From NCBI GenBank assembly GCA_964016885.1, contig OZ024742.1:299956001-300020000 (forward strand): a stretch of 64,000 nucleotides of DNA. Reading direction: 5' to 3'. The position numbers and the translations under genes were made by a program. Of the stretch, positions 55,250-64,000 are shown one piece after another. The first letter of the stretch is position 1, and each line of letters opens with the position of its first letter. The notes beneath the pieces are model-generated. The model searched no databases. It had not been told where the DNA came from and saw nothing but the letters and a program-made list of their open reading frames with translations. Source of the stretch: Eledone cirrhosa. Lineage: Eukaryota.

Positions 55250-56335
55250 CTGTGGCCAGCAATTCCATGCATCGCAAAAATATCACATATCTAGTGATGA
55301 CTGTGCGTGAAGCTTTTTTAAGTGAGCAGAGGCTTTACACGGAGTCAATTTCACTCTCTGAACATCGAATGCATTTGCCCAAAAAGTAGAAGTGGTCTAC
55401 ATCATTGGATGCAAACGAAGTTACAGGTTTTATATCAGAGTGACCTTCTTCCAGAGAGATGTCTTAATGAAGACGAGGAGTCTCTCGCTCAACAAAAAAC
55501 ATACATACATAATCAAAAGCTCACACCCAGGTAAATTGCCCAGCAATACTGCAGCGAAGCCATGGATGAAAAACTGCATGCTTATCAGCAACAAGTCATA
55601 CATGGATATGTTGCCAGGAATCTCCAGAGTGAGAGTGATACTGATAAGCAAATTAGTCTATCTTGGACCAACAACCGCTATATTGACTCCCACTTTGAAG
55701 GATATGCTTTAGCAATCCAAAAACAGGAAATCAACACGAAATACCTGATTCACAAAAGAGATAGGGATGTATGCAAAACACCTAGATGTGACAACAAATA
55801 CAGACTCTGCAGAATTAACATCGAAGATGTCACCCATGTCATTAGCAGCATGAGGCATGATGTAGTGGCCAAAACACTGTACAATGCAATCCGTAGAAAA
55901 GATAGCCCCGGCAACAAACACATTAAAAGTTACAGCAATGTAATATGAAATATGAAATATGAAAGAGTACTGGTCAAAACCCCAATAAAATGCAAACATA
56001 ACAGACCATATATAACGATATGGGACATGGAAAAGAAAGCTTGTACAGTAGTGGAAGTTAGCTGCCCAGCAGATGCCAGTTTAATATTAAAGATCAGCGA
56101 AAAGGAGAATATCTATGCAGAACTAATGAGAAATCTGCAGATATTCCACCCTGACTATACATTTAGCTTTATATCTGTGATTATTGGGGCACTGGGATAT
56201 GTTAGTAACTGCCTCAGTATAAATCTTGAGAAGCTGGGCTTCACAGAAACAGATTAAACATGACTAGTTAGGAAATTACAAGTACAATCCAATAATGGAA
56301 CAGTAAAAATGTGTTAAACATTCCAAAAATTCTGT
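55250..56335 (+). pseudogene. R4/Dong-like non-LTR retrotransposon 3' relic (zinc knuckle plus RLE)
   Basis: EGYALAIQKQEINTK, RLC..IEDVTHVISS..RHDVVA, RPYITIWD..VVEVSCP, IIGALG. Confidence 0.78.
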
Positions 56336-57362
56336 ATATACACATGTACAGATACAAAGCATATGCACATGCACACATATAACTCAAAACATACACACCC
56401 ACACATACATTAACATCTATACCTGCACACACATGCATGCAGACATGCATACGCATCTACCTAGTTGATGTTGTTTAAATTCCAATGAGAGAGTCTTGTA
56501 TCTATGTTGGAAACCGACTTTCTCTCTATTGGTAAAAATTCATAAAATTATAAAACCAGAACATACATACATGCGAGAGCCGCAGAAATTCTCCATCACC
56601 GTTACATCCCTAAATAGATTCTTCTCTTTTGATAAGGGAACTTGTCATCAGTTTCGCATTAATAGAATATTAATTGTTTCTACTTTTGGCACAAGGCCAG
56701 CAATTACCCAGTACATTAATATTAATGTCGGTCAACGCACACTGAATGCAGTGATTAATTCTGGTATGGCGCGTAAAACGGCCGTCTTTGATTTTACAGA
56801 AAAAAATGTGAACACCCCTCCTATCCATCTGATTACAATAATTAATATGAGTATTATTCGCAAACCGTTTCCACAATGTCATAAGCCAAATCGATGCGGT
56901 GATCATCACTGTTAAGCAAGTTCCCCAAACGAGCAATGGGGAACGTAAGCTTCTATACACTGGAATTTTGCGACGGGGAAATCTGTAGGCGACCTCTATT
57001 TCGAGAAAATGTCCTAATAAGTAATTGAGCTAAAGATTGTTTATAATTAAAACCACCCCAATACCGCTGTTTCGTAATGTATATATCAATGTATACAAAT
57101 GTTTGAAAAGGAAAAAAACAACATTTTCCATGTGCGAATATTTCATTTTGCAATTTTTAAAATTCAATTTAACAGAAAAAATATTTTCTACAGAACAGGA
57201 CAAACATGGTAGACATAAGGACAGACACCCACAGGCATTTTTTTCCATATATACAGGGGATACGTGAGTGAGTTCTATATCAACCCCATTATTTAACTTG
57301 TAAGTATTTCATTGGCCCATGAATGATAGAATTATTCTGCTTTTGAGGAACAACGAGTAAAA

Positions 57363-57553
57363 GGGTGTGGATTGGCAGTATCGGTAGAGAGTCGGAAGCC
57401 ATGCTTTCCAGCATAGTTACGTCCCTTTACGGACTGAGTTCAAATCCTGCCGAGGTAAACTTTGCCTTTCATCCTTTCGGGGTCGATAAAATAAAGTACC
57501 AGTAATGTACTGGGTAATTGCTGGCCTTGTGCCAAAAGTAGAAACAATTATTG
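57363..57553 (+). mobile_element. Full-length tRNA-derived SINE flanked by 68-bp direct repeats
   Basis: tggcagtatcgg A-box, gagttcaaatcc B-box; flanks 57295-57362 and 57554-57621. Confidence 0.85.
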
Positions 57554-60097
57554 AACTTGTAAGTATTTCATTGGCCCATGAAGGATGGAATTATTCTGCT
57601 TTTGAGGAACAAAGCGTAAAATTAATAAACTAACAAGCAAAACAATATGATACTACCAACGTTAAAACTGAAAATCATTTCTGAGATCCCTGATTGAATG
57701 GGGAAACACTTCCACTTCCATTTCTCAGAATAACATTTTTGTGGTTATTTTCTATGCATATTTGCAACTATTTCTTTTATTATAATCTCTTAGCGTTGTG
57801 TTACAGAGACCAACTTAATGCTATCTTCTGATAAGCTTCTAAATCGACAATATCAATCCATGAATGACATTCGGAATGCACGAGTAATAAAATCGAGTAA
57901 TAAACATATATGACCAAGTAATGTATAGCTGTAAAATATAAGAACATTTTATGTAATGATAGGGAATTGTAATCATGTATTTCACAGCAATTAATTAACA
58001 TTGTTATCGTATCAATACATATTCTGTCTTTAAATGGAATTTAAAAACGATTTAGAAATATATCGAATGCTTTATTCTTCTATTGTTTTTTTTTATTTGT
58101 TTTGTTTTGTTTTTATGTTTAGTGGTTTCAGTCATTAGACTACGACCAAGTAGGGGCACCATCTTAAAGAGATTTAGGCGATCATATCAATCCCAGTATA
58201 TATTTTTCAAATCTAGTATTCAATTTATCGTTTAGTAATGGAATATAAACAAACACTGACACAGACACACAAGTGTATATTCAAGACGCTTATATAAAAG
58301 TACCTCTGTGTTTTGGAGGTAATATTACACCAGGTTCTCTGGATGTCGAGAAAACTCGGAAACAGGATGATAACGGAAGTTGTAAGAGATTTTCCCTTAC
58401 ACCAGATGATACGGTTTCATGTGGAACAGGACGTTAAGAGTTTTACAACTTTTGATTTAAAAAATGTTTTCCTGACAGTGTATATTCAAAATAGGCCTAC
58501 TTAAAGCTGGGTAAGATACAAGCCCACTGTAGACATTAAGAGACACACTGATACTTGTCGACTTTACCAAGTGTTACTGTCGTTGTCCTTGTTATGGCTC
58601 ACACTTCGTAGTTCTGGAAGATGTGCTATGAGGTTGCATTTCATAGGCCATCTCTTAAACACTGAGTTGTTCAATTAACCGAACGTCCATAGATACGAAC
58701 ACGAATACCCATAACGTAACTCTCAATGAGATTCAGCGTGACATAATATGGTCCATCTGACGGACTTCTAAACAGTTTCCGTCTACCCAATTTCACACAA
58801 AAGGCGTGGATATAATCGAGGCTATGATAAATGACACTTGGCCAAGATGCCATACAGTGAGATTGAACCCGGGACCTAATAGTTGCGAAGCGAACTTCGT
58901 AACCATTCGGCTATACTGCGGCCAGTTTGAGCAATTAATCCGTATATCAAAGGAATAAAGCAGTGTCCACATGTTAGAAAAGCGTGAATAATATTCAGTA
59001 GAACGATAGTTGTAAAATTATATTCCATTGATAAGAAGTGCAAGATTACATTAGAGAGTTGCAACAGACATCCCGTAAATAAACAGCTGATGTATTCTGC
59101 AGATGGAAACGTTTCTATTGTTCGTCTTACATTTTACAGTTTAACAACGGCAGTTGTAAATATAACAGAGAAATGTGCCATTACTCTAAATAACATTATT
59201 TTTGTTAATGCATATTGCAGCTACGTTTCTTTTTATCATTATTTTTTAGTGTTGTTTTACAATAGGATTATATGAAGGTAAGTCTGAACCGACTTATGAG
59301 TTACTTATCTCAAACAGCCTTAAGTATATTCTTGAAATAAGCAAGTTTCAAGAAGTGTTACAAAAATTGCTTTTAAATCGTTAATACTTTCCATATACAC
59401 TGATTATAAAAATATGTACACCACTAACGGTGTATTGGCACAACTGTTAATGAATCGAACGAAATACCTTGTGGTATATTTTTCAACTTCTTGCATTCTG
59501 ACTTCAAATCCCGCTGAGTTCAACTTTGCCTTTCATCCTTTAGGTGTTGATGAAATAAAATACCAGTTTGAACGTCGGACGAGATGTTCTGTAGCATATG
59601 TTAATCCTGTGGTACACTTTAATCCTTCACACAAATTAACACCACCACATCACTGTTTCGGCTCTGTGTTCTGAGTTCAAATCTAGCTGTAGTGAACTTT
59701 ACCTTTCATCCTTTCACGATCAATAAATATAGTACCGATTTAGGTGAGTATTGATGGAATTGTTTGCGCATCAGACGTGATGACATGCGGCATTTCTTTC
59801 ATCTGACGTCAAACTGTATCGGCCCTTGCTTTTCTTTCGGAATGCATCGATGACTTGAAGAGAGGAGACTGCTAAATCTTCTACAAAATGCCTTACACCT
59901 TAGAAAGGAACATTCCAAGTGCTGACCCATGATCAGCCATGATAAAAAGGGTCCTTTCAAGGACCCATACCTGCGAAAGGAGTCTCGTGTGTTGGAATTG
60001 CGGATGCAGCGGACATAATTCGGTGCAGCTGTCTAGTCGAGAGTGTGAGGCTTGCCTCTTCACTATTTTTCTTAGTTTTAATTGAGTTACTGAAATA

Positions 60098-60200
60098 CAG
60101 GGCGTCTAAAAAAAAAACTGTATACACACTTCAACAGCATTCTAATAAATATTGCCTGTACAGGTAATCGAAGTGTGCATACATTTTGGGGGACATACTG
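60098..60200. mobile_element. Tc1/mariner-type MITE
   Basis: TA|cagggcgtc..tgtatacacacttc ... gaagtgtgcataca..gacatactg|TA: imperfect TIRs with TA duplication. Confidence 0.65.
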
Positions 60201-60529
60201 TATATTATTAAGATATTGATTAATAATTAAGAATAAAATAAATTACCAGCAAAATCCTGAGGTCAATATAATATATTCCTTCAAAGCGTGTGGCCTTGTA
60301 TCTATATTTGTAGAAAGAAATATAGATTAATGAGTGCGAACACAGAGCATTAAAGTGTGACAATTCTTAAACAATTCTACAAAAGTACAAACATTTTCTA
60401 TTTAGCAGTTGAAATATTATCTTTCAGAAGCATGATGTGCTTTCATTTATAGGATAAGACTGAACATTTCTAGTATCTTCTAAGAATAAGTGCATTTTAC
60501 ACTCAATTAGCATCAGGTAACATTATTAT

Positions 60530-60938
60530 AAATTCAACTTTGCCTTTCATCCTTACGGCGTCGATAAAATAAAGTACAAGTAATGTACTGGGTAATTGCT
60601 GGCCTTGTGCCAAAATTAGAAGGTCGCGGGTTCGATCGCACTGCATAACATCTTAAGTAAATGGTCGAACTAAAACATGTCAGTGATGCGTAAAATGCCA
60701 AGCCATTCACTCGTTAATATCCCAAGAATGTCGAAATTGAGGTAGATTTATTCCTTATATGTACGTATGCATGTCACATTTACTGAAACGCATCTATGAT
60801 ATTGGCAGTGTCGGTAGAGCGTCGGACAACATGCTTTACAGCAGAGAGTTAAGGCCCTTTACGTTCTGTGTTCAAAGGTTAGATGTGCCTTTCATCCTTG
60901 CGGAGTCGATAAAATAAAGTACTAGTAATGCACTGGGT
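60530..60938 (+). mobile_element. Two partial SINE copies (60530-60622 and 60798-60938)
   Basis: Same central domain as the other SINE copies; more decayed copies at 59500-59567 and 59670-59737. Confidence 0.7.
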
Positions 60939-62256
60939 GGTGGTGGTAGTAGCCCCAACACCGAAGTTATTTTTAATCCCACGCTGTAACAAGTCTTTAT
61001 GGAATGGGGTGCTATGGGCGTGTGTGTGAGTGTAAAAGAGAGAGAGAAAGAAAGAAAGAGAGAGGGTGAGAGGGAGAAACAAAGACTGAGAATGAGAGAG
61101 AGTGAAAGACAGTGAGAAAGAGAAAGAGAGGAGGGGGAGAGAGCATTGGTGGTGGTAGTACTGCTACGCCGAAAAAACCTTTTTTTTTAATCCTAGCCGA
61201 TTATATTATTTGTGTGTATATATATGACTTATATAGACACATGGATTTTTGATACTAGGTAGATGTCACTAATAGAAGTATAGAATTTCCACGGGGCCAG
61301 CTAGTTCTCCATCGACTCCGACGACGAGTGCTACAGTTGATTCTATCTACAGAACACCCTTCTCATGAAATTAAAGTGCATGAGGCTGAATATTTCACAG
61401 ACACGTATAACCTTAAAGTAATTTATTTCCCGGTGCCGAAGATGCTGCTTCCTCGAGGACGCACCCTAATTTTGACAACCAAAAATTTGAAAAAAAAATA
61501 ATAAACAAAGTTCGGCCTCCAGGATGCAAGGTAGATATTTTAGACTTCGTCGCCGGGAAATACGGTAATTATCAAGGATATTCAGCGTGACACAGTGTGT
61601 GACAAAGCTGTCTCTTTGGATTACAGATACAACTCATTTTTACCAGTTGAGTAAACTGGAACAATGTGAAATGAAGTGTCTTGCTCAAGGATACAATGAG
61701 CTGTGAATAATGGAAATATGCCAGAAATAAAATTATAACCACTTTTTGATTTGTCTTCACTATTCACAGTTGAGTATGTTATGTTTTAGTAGTTAAATTT
61801 TTATTACTCATCCTTTAGAATATTTTCTTTAAAAAAATTGACAGAATTTGCACCAGACAGTAAGTAAAGTTAATATCTATTCCGAAACATTCTAACATCA
61901 AGCAATTTTACCAAATTAAAATTCTGGTCGGACAGTAATAAAATGTTACACTTTTGGCATTGAGCCAAACTTTCTAATGTGAGGTCTTTTTATAATTATA
62001 TATGCTCATATAAACTTTGGCATACTTTTAAACACCCACACACTAACATACACACACAAGTCTTTCCTCTTCTTGGGACCTCCGTCGGTTTCGACGATAA
62101 GTGTTCAGGTTGTGCAATCAACGCAACAACCTGATCCTGAAATAACACGTTTACACTTTAACGTTTCTTATCGTACATCTTTATTATCGTAGAGAAGAGT
62201 ACTCAGAACACAGGAAGTGTACACTGTTATATTAGTGGCTGTGATTATCTTATTAT

Positions 62257-62560
62257 TCGATAAAATAAAACACCAGTAATATACTGGGGTCGATTTAATC
62301 GACATTCCCCTCCCCAAAAGTTGTTGGCTCTGTGCCTAAATTAGAAACCATTATTTATTCCCACGGCGGTGGATTGGCAGTATCGGTAGAGGGTCGGGCG
62401 ACATGCTTTGCAGCATAGAGTTACGGACTTTTACGGTCTGAGATCAAATCCCACCGAGGTTAACTTTGCCTTTCATCCTTACGGGTTCAATAAAATAAAG
62501 TACCAGTAATGCACTGGGATAATTGCTGGCCTTGTTCCAAAAGTAGAAACATTATTTTAT
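62257..62560 (+). mobile_element. SINE 3' fragment followed by a full-length SINE (62365-62560)
   Basis: ggcggtggattggcagtatcggtagag head, gagatcaaatcc B-box, conserved central domain. Confidence 0.8.
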
Positions 62561-62900
62561 TCACGCTTCCTTAGAAATCTTGTCTATGATAACAGCAGCT
62601 ATCTGTATTCCCCTTTTGAGTTCTGGACCGAGGGGGACAGCTTTTGACGAACCATCGCCCCTAAGTGTTAATAGTGTTCCCTAGTGTATCATACTACCTT
62701 ACTACAGAATATATCGACAGATTTTAAGCCAATCCATGATTGAAATAAATCCAGTTGATCCCCTCATTTTAAGTTTTTGAAGATATTGAACATACAGGCA
62801 AGGTGTTTGCATCAGTCTATACATATAATACTGACTTCAAATCTATACATGTGTTTTCTAGTCAAACATTCTCGGGATATTTCACCTTTAAAACAGCGGT

Positions 62901-62990
<90 letters not shown>

Positions 62991-63005
62991 AATATATATA
63001 TATAT

Positions 63006-63036
<31 letters not shown>

Positions 63037-63039
63037 CAA

Positions 63040-63092
<53 letters not shown>

Positions 63093-63116
63093 TGTGTGTG
63101 TGTGTGTGTGTATATA

Positions 63117-63300
63117 AGTTTATACCGGGTTCAATCGGGGGTAACCACAGTAAGTAAGGTACTCAATACATAGCAGAGTATAAATATTTAATATAGAAAT
63201 TACTTCTACAGGACTAGAACTGTTTCATTCGGAAGAAATCATCAGGGCTTCCTGATTATTTCTCCCGAATGAAACAATTCTAGTCCTCTAGAAGCCAGTT
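63117..63300. mobile_element. Small fold-back element with back-to-back degenerate hammerhead cores
   Basis: Arms 63203-63246 and 63251-63294 each read CTGAT(G/T)A-tttc..gaat-GAAA-ca(g/a)ttc-TA; lies between microsatellites. Confidence 0.65.
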
Positions 63301-63307
63301 ATATATA

Positions 63308-63357
<50 letters not shown>

Positions 63358-63510
63358 TGTAAGTATAGTATATTTGGCAATATAATGTATGTTTAATTAA
63401 AAACATTTAGAAGACCATTCGAAATCAGTTTTAAAGTAGTGACTATATCACTTACTTATTTTCAGCGAAATGTATACATCGCTATTTCAGAGCACCAATA
63501 CTAATATATA

Positions 63511-63591
<81 letters not shown>

Positions 63592-64000
63592 GTAATAATA
63601 ATAAATTCGAAGACTAAAATCCAAAGAGGGCTCGATAAGGATAAATATATATCAAGTATAAACTTTAATTTGTTATTTTAATAAATATATATATATATAT
63701 ACAATGATATTAAATAAATGGAAACTATATTTATAAAACCATATTTATTTTATTATATATATTTCAAGGGCACCAAAACACATTGGTACGCTTTCCTCAT
63801 AAAATACAAAGTTTGTTTTATAAATAGAGACATACCCATGAAAATCATACTTTATCGGTTGGTTATTCTCTGGATAGTGGAAATATATTAGGGATTTTTC
63901 AAACTTATGGGTGAATATGCAAATGAATATGTAAATAATTGAAAAACAACCGTTTATTTAAACGACTATGGAGAGAAAGAGAAGAGAGAAGAGGAGAAGG

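Noticed and set aside
56496-57260. ORFs 56496..56915 and 56670..56960 as host exons or a transposase
   Set aside because: No recognisable motif, and they are interrupted by a reversed SINE tail at ~56672-56718.
52746-62560. tRNA genes
   Set aside because: The A/B-box sequences are SINE heads followed by a shared body and tail; no cloverleaf is evident.

Overview
AT-rich eukaryotic non-genic DNA made of microsatellites ((TA)n, (CA)n, (TAA)n, (GTT)n) and transposable elements. The repeat landscape suggests an octopus or other cephalopod genome (inference). I could support no host gene; most short ORFs in the track are microsatellite translations. Coding relics: four Penelope-like elements (PLEs; RT and/or GIY-YIG), two RTE LINEs, one CR1/L2-like LINE, two R4/Dong-like fragments and one CRE-like fragment. 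Also present are a non-autonomous Helitron, a Tc1/mariner-type MITE and many tRNA-derived SINEs. The main signal is a set of small non-coding elements sitting in (TA)n tracts. At least eight unrelated families carry a readable type I hammerhead ribozyme (CUGANGA-stemII-GAAA-short, mostly palindromic stemIII-NUH), and several more carry degenerate ones. Many are tandem and/or fold-back arrays (466-bp and 310-bp units), and several have an octamer or NRF1-like motif about 100 nt upstream of the ribozyme core. They look like a PLE-dependent, TA-targeting retrozyme community. Ribozyme folds were read by eye, not computed.
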